From Torpedo marmorata (Eukaryota): a stretch of DNA of 64,000 bases. Of this stretch, positions 1-12,623 are shown piece by piece. Below the pieces are notes generated by a model. The model was given only the letters and a program-made list of their open reading frames with translations. It was not told the DNA's origin and made no database searches. The DNA lies in contig OZ360237.1 of the NCBI GenBank assembly GCA_977017645.1, positions 93,000,001-93,064,000 on the forward strand, read 5' to 3'. Both the position numbers and the translations under genes were made by a program. Positions within the stretch are counted from its first letter, which is position 1; every line of letters starts with the position of its first letter.

Positions 1-605
1 GTGAAGAGCCAAGAAGCGTTGAATTAGAAAAATTTTGGGGGCAATTCAGCTCCATTGATACCCATAATGGGTGGTCAGAATGATTATGAAAGAAGGACCA
101 AAACGTAAGACTTCGTATATTGACTGCCCAATAGTAAAATCTAAAGTTCGGCAGAGCCATTCCACCATCTTTCTTAGATCTCTGTAGAAAAACTTTATTA
201 AGGCAAGTAAGACAATATAGCCGAGTCAAGTAAGTCAAAAAATGATTTAGGAACAAAAATTGGAACAGATTGAAAAAGATATAAAAATTTAGGCAAAATA
301 TTCATTTTAATAGAATTTATACGGCCAACTAGAGTTGTAGACGAAGTTGACCATTGGGTCAGGGTATGTTTCACTTGTTTAAGCATAGCAAGATAATTCT
401 CCTTAAAAAGATGTTTATGATTCTTTGTAATGGTAATACCAAGATAGGTAAACTGATTTTTAACAACCTTAAAAGGAGAACCATCACACACTGCTGCAGA
501 AAAATTCAATGGAAGAAGTTCACTTTTATGCACATTCAATTTATATCCTGAAAATTGACTAAATTGTGAAAGCAATGACATCATATGGGGGAGGGAGGTG
601 ACTGT

Positions 606-664
606 CCGCAAAACACCGAATTTCATGACTTGTTCATGACAATAAATTCTGATTCTGATTCTGA
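606..664 (+). mobile_element. Roughly 60-bp 3'-terminal stub of Rex/Babar family 1, inserted in L1-A ORF2
   Basis: ccgcaaaacaccgaatttcatgacttgttcatgacaataaattctgattctga matches the 3' end at 62574-62624; it splits the L1 motif LLYISD/VTSLP. Confidence 0.85.
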
Positions 665-1722
665 ATCCGAAATGTAAAGTAAGAGATCATCTGCAGAAAG
701 AGACACTTTATGTTCAATCCCTTTCCTCTATATCCCCAAGATGTCCCTGCACTCACGAAATGCAATTGCCAATGGTTCATCGCCAGATCAAATAATAAAG
801 GGCTTAACGGGCATCCTTGGCGAGTGCCACGTTGCAGATTGAAAGGCTGAGATTGTTGTAAATTAGTAAGAATTGTGGCGGATGGCCGTGAGTACAATAA
901 TTTAACCCATGTAATAAAATCAGAACCAAAATTAAAATTTTCAATGGTTGTAAACAGATATGCCCATTCTATACGATCAAAAGCTTTTTCAGCATCCAAT
1001 TAAAGAATACACTCAGGAGTCTTCCCGGAAGGCAAATACATAATATTCATTAAGCAATGTATATTAAAATAGGAATATCGGTTTTTAGTAAACCCCGTTT
1101 GATCTTCAGAAATAACTGACGGTAAAAATTTTTCCATACTATTGGCCAAAATTTTAGCATCAACAGTAAGGAGATCGGCCTATAGGAGGAACATTCAGTT
1201 ATGTCCTTACCTTTCTTCGCAATTAAAGAAATGCAAGCCTCATTAAATGAATCTGGAAGTTTACCCTGTTTAAACGAATCTGCAATCACCACCTTTAGTT
1301 AAGGTGTGAGCAATTGAGAAAATAATTTGAAAAATTCCACAGGGAACCCATCGGGTCCAGGGGCCTTTCCAGGTTGAAATAAGGAAATAGCAACCGCTAT
1401 TTCCTCTTACGAAATAGATTCATCCAGTCTAATTTGGCTATCTGAAGAAATCTTGGGGATATTCAAACTGTCTAAAAAAAATTTCATCAAATCACTGTCA
1501 TTCGTACATTCGGAAGAATATAGTTTGGATTAAAATCTTTTAAATGTATCGTTTATCTCCAAATGATCTGAAGTCATTATACCATTATCTTTGCAAACTT
1601 TTATAATGTGACGTTTAGCACCAAATCCTCTCAATTGGTTGGCCAAAAACTTACCAGATTTATCACCATGAATGTAAAATTGACTTTTAGATTTCAAAAG
1701 TTGGCATTCGTCTGGATATGTT

Positions 1723-4700
1723 TTTTTTAAATATTATATTTAAAATTTTTAAATCACACAGTACATAGTTTAAAATGCAAAGTTATCAGATTACATGTGA
1801 TACATTTTCACCCCCCCTCCCTCCCTCCCCTCCCTAACCCTCCCGAAAAGAAAGAAGAAGAAAAAGATAAAGTAAGGAGAATGTCACTCTAAAACAGAAC
1901 AACTAAGAACTAATTTTATTGTGGAACACAGGTTCGCCATTCAGATCCAATATCCAGAGATCTTCAAATCCTTAACCCAACAGTTTTTATAAATGGGCTC
2001 CATATTTTCAAAAAGAAATGATATTTATTACGTAAATTATAAGTAATTTTTTCAAGTGGTATACATGAACGAAGTTCTGCATGCCATCTTTCTAACCCTA
2101 AATCTACTTCAGATTTCCATGTAATAGCAATGCATTTCTTAGAAACAGCTAAAGCAATACATAAAAATTCTATTTGATACATATTCAATTTCATCTTAAC
2201 ACTAATTCTTTTAATATCTCCAAACAAAAATATCATAGGATCCATTGGGAGTGTAGTTTTTAATACTTTATCTAAAAACTTTTTAACTTTCAACCAAAAA
2301 TCATATACTTTTGGACAAAACCATGTAGAATGTACAAAAGAACCTTCCTCTCTGTTACATCTAAAACATAAACCGGATAATGTCGGATTAAATTTCTTTA
2401 GTTTTTTAGGTGTTAAATATAATTGATGAAAAAAGTTATATTGCACTAATCTATATCTAACATTAATAATCTTCGTCATACTTTGTTTACATAATTCTTT
2501 GCAATGTTCTTCATCTATTGTTACATTCAAATCTGATTCCCAACTTAATCTTGATTTATGAATTCCTAATTTAGGCATTTTCCTCTGTAACAATCTATAC
2601 ATTTGAGAAATAAATTTATTTACACCTCCATTAGTAACTAATAATTCCAATTCACTCTCTCTTGGTAAAGTCAAACTATAGCCCAACCTTTCAACTAAAA
2701 ATGCTCTAATTTGATAATAAGCGAAAAGTGTATTATTTGATACATTAAACTTATCTTTCATTCTTTGAAAAGTAATAAATTTACTAGCTTCAAAGCAATC
2801 ATTTATTTTCTTAATTCCCTTTTGGAACCAAATTTTAAATAATTGGTTTTCAACAGTAAATGGAATAAGTTTATTTTGATACAGAGGCATTTTTTGAGAA
2901 ATTAACCCTTTCGCTCCTATCTCTCTATCCACTCTATTCCATATTTCTAACAAATGTCTAAAAATAGGAGAATTTTTCCCTCTTGTTAATAATAATTTAG
3001 AATTCCATTTATAAATAACTTCTTCTTTTAAATCTTCTCCTATATTATTTAATTCTATTCTAATCCAAGCAGAAGATTTTCCTAAATCAAACATTTCATT
3101 AATAAATTTTAATTGAGCTGCTTTATAATAATATTGAAAATTAGGAAGTTGTAACCCACCCATTTCATAATTCCAAGTTAATTTCTCCATACCTACTCTA
3201 GCCAACTTTCCTTTCCACAAGAATTTCCTAATAATTAAAATTAAATCTTTAAAGAATTTTTGAGGGATTTCATAAGGAATTGATTGAAAAAGATATTGAA
3301 TTCTTGGAAAAACATTCATTTTAATACAATTTACCCTTCCCATTAAAGTTATAGGTAAATCCTTCCAACTTTCTAAATCCTTTTTAATATTCATAAATAG
3401 TGGTAGATAATTTAATTTATATAGATTAGATAATTTTGTATCAATCTTTATTCCCAAATATTTAATTCCTTCCTTTGACCATTTAAATTGTGTAATTTCT
3501 TACATTTACTATAATCCCCTTGTGTTAATGCCATAATTTCACTTTTATCAGAATTAATCTTATAACCAGATATTTCCCCATATTCTCTCAATAAAACAGT
3601 CAATTGCATTAACGAAGTAATAAGTTTTGTCATATAAATCAATACATCATCTGCAAATAAACTGATTTTATGCTCTTCATTACCAACTTTAATACCTGCA
3701 ATCTTAATATCCTGTCTAATTAATTCTGCTAAAGGTTCTATAGCTAAAGTAAACAATGCTGGTGACAAAGGACATCCTTGTCTAGTTGACCTAGTCAAAA
3801 GAAACTTTGAAGAAATTTGTCCATTTGTGACCACTTTAGCAGATGGTTCTTTATGTCTTCTAATTGCGATGACAGTAAAAACATATCTATTCTAGAATAG
3901 GAATCATGTCTAAAGGAATAAAAAGAATAATCTTTTTCTCTCGGATTCAACTTCCTCCAAATATCAATTAAATTTAAATCATTCATCATAGTAAGAATTC
4001 TTTTAGCAATTTTAGTTCTAATAGTTGATTTCGATGTTTTATCCATTACTGGATCTAAACAACAATTGAAATCACCACCAATTAAAATATTATCATTTGC
4101 TTCTGATAAATGCATAAAGGAATCTTGGATAAACTGTTCATCTTGCATATTCGGCACATATATATTCATAAGAGTCCACATTTCTGAATATATCTGACAG
4201 TTTATTAAAACATATCTTCCTGACACATCTGTAACCACCGATTGTATTTTAAAGGGTAACATCTTATTGATTAATATAGCAACTCCTTTTGCTTTAGAAT
4301 TAAATGAAGATGCAACCACTTGACCAACCCATTCTCTTTTCAATTTCTGATGTTCTAAATCCGTCAAATGAGTCTCTTGTAGAAAAGCTATATCTACATT
4401 CAACTTTTTAATATATGCTAAGGTTTTCTTCCTTTTAATCGGATTATTTAGCCCATTTATATTAATACTAACTACATTTATTAATTTACTATCCACCATT
4501 TCTAATATTTAATAACTCTTTCTCCATCAGATCCGCTGGCTCCCCCTTCCACATTTGTAATCTATTTGACATCTCCTTAGAAAGAAAAAGAAAAAAAAGA
4601 TATAAAAGGAAAATAAAAAACTAAAAAGCCCACTATATATAATATTGGTATATTTACACCAGTACTACCATCCTCCATTGCTCGGGAAGTGGCCCTCGCC

Positions 4701-6362
4701 ACTAAGATGACGCGTGACTAGGTACGGAGAAGACAAAAAGTCCACCTCCCCCCAAACAGATTTTCCAAAAAATTTGTTATCGTTTCTTCATCCAGCTTCT
4801 TCAAGATGTTTATTAGCTTGATCCTCATCGATTACGAACACATTTTCTTGTCCTGAAACTCTTGGTGAAAGCAATTCCTGAGTCAGCAGAGTAACTTGGT
4901 ATTGTCCCAAAAAATCTTGATCTTTCTTTAATTCCGGAAGTAAATTTGCATGCTGTAAAGCTTCTTGATGATCAGTGAAAAAAAGTGATTGGTTATCTGC
5001 AGACTGTACCTTCAATATCGCAGGATATCTAAATGAAAATTTATATCCTTTACCCCACAAAACTGCTTTCGCCGGATTAAATTCTTTTCGTTTTTTTATT
5101 ATTGCCGTACTCAAATCGGCATAAAAAAATACCTTATTTTTATCAATCATCAGTGGACCATGGTTCTTGCATTTTGAACAGCCAATTTCAATATCTTCTC
5201 TTTATCCTGGTATCTAAGACATCTAATTAAAACTGAACGTGGCCTTTGATCCGGATATGGTTTTCTCCTACTATCTCTATGAGCTCTGTCTAATTCAAGT
5301 CTGTCTGGAAAATGATCAATACCCAAAGTCTCTGGAATCCATTTAAAAAAATATATAGTTGAATTCATCCCTTCAAAATCTTCGGGCAATCCCACGATTT
5401 TAACGTTATTTCTCCGACTCTGATTCTCCAACACATCTATTTTTTATAAAAGTTCATTTCTTTGTAGCTCCCAACCTGTAAATGAATCTTCCACTTTATC
5501 CACTCTATCTTTGCAGTCCACCATTTCTTCATAGTGTTCTTTAACATCCTCTTCAATTTTTTGGACCTTCAATGTTACTTTATCCACAATATTTGTATAT
5601 TTTTTCATATCTTGTTTAATATCTTTCATTTCTTCCTTAACTTCTTTAAATCCATGTTGCATACGTTGATTCAATATTGAGATTTGTTTTGCTATTTTAT
5701 CCATAGCTTGAATAAAAGTCATTGATAATTCTTGTTTACCTTGAAGTATTTGAGCCTCCTCTTCACCACTTATTTCTTCTTGCTCCTCTCCCTCCATCTC
5801 TTGTATCCCTTCTTCCAATTCTTGATATATTTCTTCCTCTCTTCTTTTTTCTTCTGAATCTGTTGACGATGTTAATTATTGTCCAGCTTCATAGCAATAT
5901 AATTGGGAAGCTTTTCCTCTGCTGTCAGCTTTGGCTGACAGTTCGCGATCTTTATCGCGCATGCGCGTCATTTCGCGCATGCGCAGTCGTTCCGTCGGTA
6001 GTTGTAGTTTCTTAGTCTTTCTTCGAGCACCAGCGCCATCTTCTCCAGCACCCCGGGAGGACGGCACTGGTGCTGCAGTTACCTTCACCGTTCTTGTCTG
6101 CATCTTCCTCGGAGGGAGAGAAACCTGATCCCGGGGCTCCATCGTTAAGGTAGGCCGATCTTCCTCTTGAATTAAGCTTTCTTTAAGCACTGTTTTCTTT
6201 AACTTTTGCTCCTTCGTTTTTCTAGTGGACATTCTTCAATCCTTAATAAACAACTTAGCTTTTTTTTAATAACTAAATAAGTATTTTTTTCAGGTTTTAA
6301 TTAGTTCTGTAGGGAGAGGTGTATTTTCACGTCTCCAGCCTACGCCATCACGCCACACCCCC
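1723..6362 (-). mobile_element. L1-B: AT-rich L1 with both ends present and an internal ORF2 deletion, nested in L1-A
   Basis: Poly-T at the left end; 5' end GGGGGTGTGGCGTGATGGCG; TSD tcg(t/g)ctggatatgtt at 1708-1722 and 6363-6377; ORF1 pieces 4788-6232, endonuclease 3855-4499, RT and C-terminus 1964-3854. Confidence 0.93.
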
Positions 6363-9139
6363 TCGGCTGGATATGTTGAGAAAAGATCAAATTTAGTTTT
6401 AAGTTCAAACCGTTTTTTGTATACATCTGAATTTTTAGTTTGAGCGTATTGTTGACCTAACTGTTTAATTTGTTTAATTAACTCAGATCTTTCTTTATTA
6501 GTCTTCCTTTTTTTTATTAACAGTATACGAAATGATTTTCCCCCTGATAAAAGTCTTCAAGGTATCCCATATAACTAAACTAGAGGTCTCCGAAGAGAGA
6601 TTAGTATCAAAGAAGAAAACTATCTGTTCTTCCATAAATTTAACAAAGTCCTTATCTGATAATAACACTGAATTAAAACGCCAGTGTCTTTTATCTTGAG
6701 GAAAATTAGGAAGATTCAATGACATTGTAACAGGGGCGTGATCAGATATTACAATACTGTGGTATTCACAAGAATGAGTTAATGAAATTAAATGATTATC
6801 AATAAAAAAATAATCAAGACGTGAGTAAGTGTGATGAACATGGGAAATGAAAGAATACTCTCTATTAGTAGGATAAAAGAAACGCCAATCATCTGAAATC
6901 CCATAGTCCGATAAAAAATAATGTATTAATGAGGCAGATTTGTTTAATGTAGCCGGATTAGAAGATGAACGATCTAGGATAGGGTCCAAACAGCAGTTGA
7001 AATCCCAGCCTAGAATAAGCGAGTATAAACTTAAATCCGGCAAGGAAGTAAAAAAGTTTTCAAAAAATCCCCAGATCATCAACATTGGGAGCATAGACAT
7101 ATTCGAAAACCACCATTTTATCGTGTAATTTCCCTGAAACAATAACAAAACGATCGTTGGAATCCGAAACAACATTATGTACACTAAAAGGAATTTTCTG
7201 ATTAATAAGGATCGATACCGCTCTAGATTTAGCTTGAAAATAAGAATGGTATTGCTGCCCTTTGCACCATGACATCAGGCGCGAAACATCACTGCCACAT
7301 ATATGTGTCTCCTGTAAAAATATAATCGCAGCTTTAAATTGTTTTAAATGTGAAGCCACTTTCCTTCATTTTACTGGATGATTTAAGCCTTTCAAATTCC
7401 AATTCAGGAACTTAATAGGATTAGCCAAGATCACTCAATTATAGAAAGTATACACTAACAGTAAAGCTAATTTCAGAAATTCCAATGCGCATGTGCAAAG
7501 CTGAGTTCGTGCAGCATGCACAACGACCTCTGGCCTGCAGATGGCCTTATTAAACCATAAAGTACAACTCCATAAGATGGAACCAGAAAGATCTAAACAA
7601 TAAAGCACCATGCAAAACACCCATGATCCCACCCCCGTATTTCTCCAGTCCCACCCCCCTAAGACTGACAGAAAGGCTGACAGCGCGCTAATTAATTCTA
7701 AAAACCTACCATCTCCCAGTATAGATTAAATGTTCTTGCTCTGAAGCAAAATAATAACATTCCCCTGCACCTGTTGATAACAAACCAAAAGAAGCCTTGT
7801 TTAGTCTAAATACAGTGAACATCGAAAAAAATTTAAAAGACTTCTTATGAAGTTATTATTTTAAAATACGTTACAGGATATATAAAATAAATTTTTATCC
7901 CGTTTTGATAGAGTAAACTTAACCGTAGACACAATCAAAGTATGTCGCATTTTTTCCCTTCAACCACACCAAATTAAATCAATTCACAATAACAATGCTT
8001 TCTCTGTGAAAGCTTTAAAACCAAATGATTGAACCTTTAACACATTAAAGTTCAATCATCTGTTCAAAGCAGCAATTCAACAGAAAAAAAGAGAGAATGT
8101 CATTCAGGAGTTGGAGCAGGAAGGTTACGAATGAACTCCTGAGCTTCTTCCACTGAACCAAACCATTTCTTGCTCCCGTTGGGAAGAGATGTGCGAAGAC
8201 ATGCTGGTAACAACAGTGAAGGCTTCCACTCACGCTGATATAACTCCGACATAACTTCTCTGCTTCATAACTTCGGAAGAGTAATCTTCCACGATTCTAT
8301 ATTTTTTGCCTTGGTATTGCAGGGTACCTTTACGACAGGCTTCACGAAGCAGCAGTTCCTTCGTTTGATAATGATGTGGGCGTATAACCACCGAACTAGG
8401 TTTTTTCCCCGATTTAGGCTTAGGCAATAATGAATGGTGTGCTCTATCAAGCTCCGGTGGTGTCGGAAATAACTTATCTCCAAACACCGTTGCCAACAAA
8501 TGAGAGAAAAATTTTGTAGGCATACCAGTCTCAGTATCTTCAGCCAAGCCTACAATGCGCAGGTTCTGCCGCCTATTTCGACTTTCCAAATCATTAATTC
8601 TCGTCGTTAGTCTCTCATTATTGTCTTCCAGGTGGCGGATCCGGTCGTTCAATTTCTCTAAAACAGATTCTGCTAAGGTCAAACACTCACCTTGTTCTTC
8701 TGTAGAATGACAGACCAGTACAAATCGATTTTCCAGCGCCAAAAGCCTTTCATCTAGACGTTTAAATTCTGCACCAATAGAATCTTTAATTTGTTCAAGT
8801 ACATCGGAGGAACCCTCAGTAATCGGGCTTTCCAGTCGAATAGACGGAGTTTCTTGTTTCTTTCCGTTTTTTTCCACTTTTAGCAATCTTTCCAGCTCTT
8901 GTATCCATTTCAAATATAGAATGTGCAATTTGACACTACTTCGAAAGTTTTAAGAAAAGTAAACAGGGGAAAAAGTATACTGAAGGTGTAGAGCTGTGAT
9001 GAGGACGTCTACTCCATCTCACAGCCCAACCGGAAGTCCACATTTACTTACCATTCTCTCTTCCCCCACCCATTTTTGTCCCTTTTCCCCACTCGTTCTC
9101 ATCCCCCTTCCTCTTTGGTTCCATCCTCCATAGATCTTT

Positions 9140-9780
9140 CAAGGTTGCCGCATAGACTAGTTAAGAAGCCTTATTTATGGTATGCTGGTCTTATTAGGCG
9201 GGGGATTGCATTCAAGAGCCATGAGATAATGTTGCAGCTCCACAAAACTCTGGTTAGACCACACTTGGAATATTGTGTTCCATTCTGGTCACCTCATTAC
9301 AGGAAGGATGTGAAAACTTTGGAGAGGGTGCAGAGAGATTTACCAGGATGTTGCCTGTCTTAGAGAACGTGTCTTGTGAGGCAAGGTTAACAGAGCTAGG
9401 GCTTTTCCCTTTGTAGCGAAGAAGGATGAGAAGTAACAATAGAGGTCTACAAGATGATGAGAGGTGGGCAGCCAGCACCTTTTTCCCAGGGCAATAGTAG
9501 CAAGTCCCAGAGGAAATTTGTATAAGGTGAGGGGAGGAAAGTTCAGGGAGATGACAGGGGTACGTTTTTTAGAGAGTGGTGGGTGCCTGGAATTCATTGC
9601 CGGGGATGGTGGTGGCAGCTGGTGCAATGGGGGGGGACGTTTAAAAGACTTTTACATAGTCACATGGATAGAAGAAAATTTGAGGATTATGGGTGTGTGG
9701 TCGGGAAGGTTTAGATTGTTGAGTAGGTTTATTTATGTCAGCACAACATCGTGGGCCGTAGGGCCTGTACTGTGCTGTGC
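9140..9780 (+). mobile_element. CR1-clade LINE 3' fragment
   Basis: LQLHKTLVRPHLEYCVPFWSPHYRKDV motif followed by a typical 3' UTR; boundaries approximate. Confidence 0.8.
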
Positions 9781-10189
9781 TATGTGCAACAGTGGGTACC
9801 ACTCCCCTTGCCCAGCCAGCTGTTCTTTCTACACAGTCCTCAACCAAAGAGTATTGCTGCGCACGTACTGCTTGACTTCTGACCACTGGGTCCCACCAGT
9901 TTATTCTCACCCAGTGAGGTCACTGACTTGTTTCTTGGGCAGTGGTCAGCAGTCCTCTGCAACTCTTCCCAGGCAGTGGTCATCAGTCTGTTTGTCACTG
10001 GCCAAGCAACATTGACGATCAGTTCCCCATCACGGAGCATCTATTCTGCTTCACGCTACTCCTGCTCCCTCTCACGACATTGGCAATGCATCAGACCTCC
10101 TCGTGGCAAGGTGCCACATAGATGGCTGGGGCCCAAGGGCTGATGGGATGAAGGGAAGTGTGTGAGCATAGATTGAAGATTGGTTATTG

Positions 10190-12606
10190 CAGAGAAAACA
10201 GTCAGAATAAAAGTCCTTTTCAGGTTGGAAGAAGTAACCAGTGGAGTGCCTCAAGGATCAGTTCTTGGCTCTGTTATTTACAATTTATAAAGAGGGGTGC
10301 AGAGAGTGAGGTCTCCAAGTTTTGTAATAACATGAAAATGGAGGGGAGGGTATGATGTGATGAGGATAATAGGACTGCAACAGAACAAACATATGTCGAG
10401 TGAGTTGGGGAAAAGGTGGTAAATGGAGTTTAATGTAAAGTCACGTAGAGTGATCCATAAACAGACTTATCTAAACAGGTAGTGTTGTGCACGAATCGTA
10501 AAAAATTAGCAAGTGGTGAAGGAGGCAAATGACACGTTGGCCATTATTGTACGAGGGCTGGAGTTGAGAAATGGAGACGTCTTGTTGCAGTTGTCCAGGG
10601 GACTGGTACACAGTTTTTGTGCCTTAGTTAAGACAGTATATACCATCATTGGGAGCATCGGTCACATTCACCAGGCTGATTCCTGGGATGACAGGGTTGT
10701 CCTAAGATGAGTGGCTGAAGAAATTAGAGTTTAGAAGGATGAGTGGTGATCTGATTGAACCATACAGTGCCCTCCATAATGTTTGGACAAAGACACTTTT
10801 TTGTTTTATTTGCCCCTGTGCTCCACAGTTTTAAATTTGTAATCAAGCAATTCACATGTAATTAAAGTGCACATTCCATATTTTATTCAAGATTATTTGT
10901 ATACATTTTGGTTTGACCATGTAGAAATTACAGCACTTTTTATACATAGTTCCCCCATTTCAGGGCACTATAATATTTGGGACATTTGGCTTCACAGGTG
11001 TTTGTGAGTACTCAGATATGTTTAATTGCTTCATTGGTGCAGGTATAAGAGAGCTAGGCTTGCTTCTAAGCTTTTGATCACCTTTGGATTCTGTAACTGC
11101 CATTTTTCAACATGAGGACCAGAATTGTGCCAATGAAAGTCAAAGAATCCATCATGAGGCTGAAAAACAAGAATAAAACAGTAAGAGACATCGCCCAAAC
11201 CTTAGGATTACCAAAATCAACTGTTTGGAACATCATTAAGAAGAAAGAGTGTATTGGTGAGCTCAGTAATTGCAAAAGGACTGGTAGGCCAAGGAAGACC
11301 TCCACTGCTGATGACAGAAGAATTCTCATTATAATGAAGAATAATCCTCAAACGTATGTCCGACAGATCAGAAACACTCTTCAGGAGGCAGGTGAGGATG
11401 TATCAATGACTACTGTCCACAGAAGACCTCATGAAAAGAAATACAGAGGCTACGCTGCAAGATGTAAACCACTAGTTAGCCACAGAAACAGGATGGTCAG
11501 ATAACAGTTTGCCAAGAAGTATTTAAAAGAGCCTGCAGAATTCTGGAAAAAGGTCGTGTGGACAGATGAGACCAAGATTAACCTGTATCAGAGTGATGGC
11601 AAGAGCAAAGTGTGGAGACGTAAAGGAACTGCCCAAGATCCAAAGCATACCACGTTTGCCATGGTTCGCATCTTGTAGTGCAGCCTCTGTATTTCTGTTC
11701 ATGAAGTCTTCTGCGCACAGTAGTCATTGACATATCCACACCTGCCTCCTGAAGAGTGTTTCTGATCTGTCGAACATACATTTGGGGATTTTTCTTCATT
11801 ATGATGAGAATTCTTCTGTCATTAGCAGTGGAGGTCTTGGAATACCAGCCCCTTTGCGATTATTGAGCTCACCAATACGCTCTTTCTTCTTAATGATGTT
11901 CGAAACTGTTGATTTTGGTAATCCTAAGGTTTGGGCGATGTCCTTTACTGTTTTATTCTTGTTTTTCAGCTTCATAATGGCTTCTTTGACTTTCATTGGC
12001 ATAACTCTGGTCTTCATATTGAAAAATGGCAACTACAGACTCCAAAGGTGATCAAAAGCTTAGAAGCAAGCCGAGCTCCCTTATACCTGCACCAACGAAG
12101 CAATTGAACCAAATGTCCAAAACATTATGGTGCCCTGAAATGAGGGGGCTATGTATAAAAAGTGCTGTAATTTCTACATGGTCAAACCAAAATGTTTAGA
12201 AATAACTTTGAATAAAATCTGGAATGTGCACTTTAATTACATGTGAATTGTTTGATTACAAATTAAAAAACTGTGGAGCACAGGGGCAAATAAAGGAAGA
12301 AAGTGTCTTTGTCCCAAACATTGTGGACACCTCACTATATGATCCTAAGGGGTTTATAGAATAGATGGTGAGATGTTTTCATTTGAGGTGGGCATTTAAA
12401 ACTGAACAGAGGATGGTGAATGTTTGGCAGTCTCTACCCCAGAGTATTGTGGTGCCGGATCATTGGGGGTATTTACAGAGGAGGGAGATAAATTTTTTGA
12501 GAGATCAGGAAATTGAGGGCTGGGGGAGCTAGAACTGAAGAGAATAGGCTGGAGGCAGATCAACCATGATAGTATTGATTGGCAGGCAGGCTTGAGGGGT
12601 GAGTGG
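10190..12606 (+). mobile_element. Degenerate CR1 fragment split by a Tc1 insertion
   Basis: Remnant of VTSGVPQGSVLG; ...GDLIEP-Y-MILRG... reads on across the Tc1 TA site. Confidence 0.65.
10765..12337. mobile_element. Tc1/mariner IR/DR derivative built from two inverted left halves
   Basis: TA|cagtgccctccataatgtttgg terminus; N-terminal HTH transposase on + (11112-11655) and again on - (about 11660-12032); TA on both sides. Confidence 0.88.
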
Positions 12607-12623
12607 CCTCCTCCTGTTTTCTT

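Larger units (their letters stand above)
1..9039 (-). mobile_element. L1-A: older degenerate L1-type LINE, 3' end beyond the window; interrupted at about 606-664 and 1723-6362
   Basis: ORF1 8230-8928 (DLESRNRRQNLRIVGL), endonuclease fragments 6498-7430 (FLQETH, YSRLDYF, SDHAPV), RT fragments 198-1400 ([18 protein letters not shown]); 5' end reads GGACTTCCGG. Confidence 0.9.
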
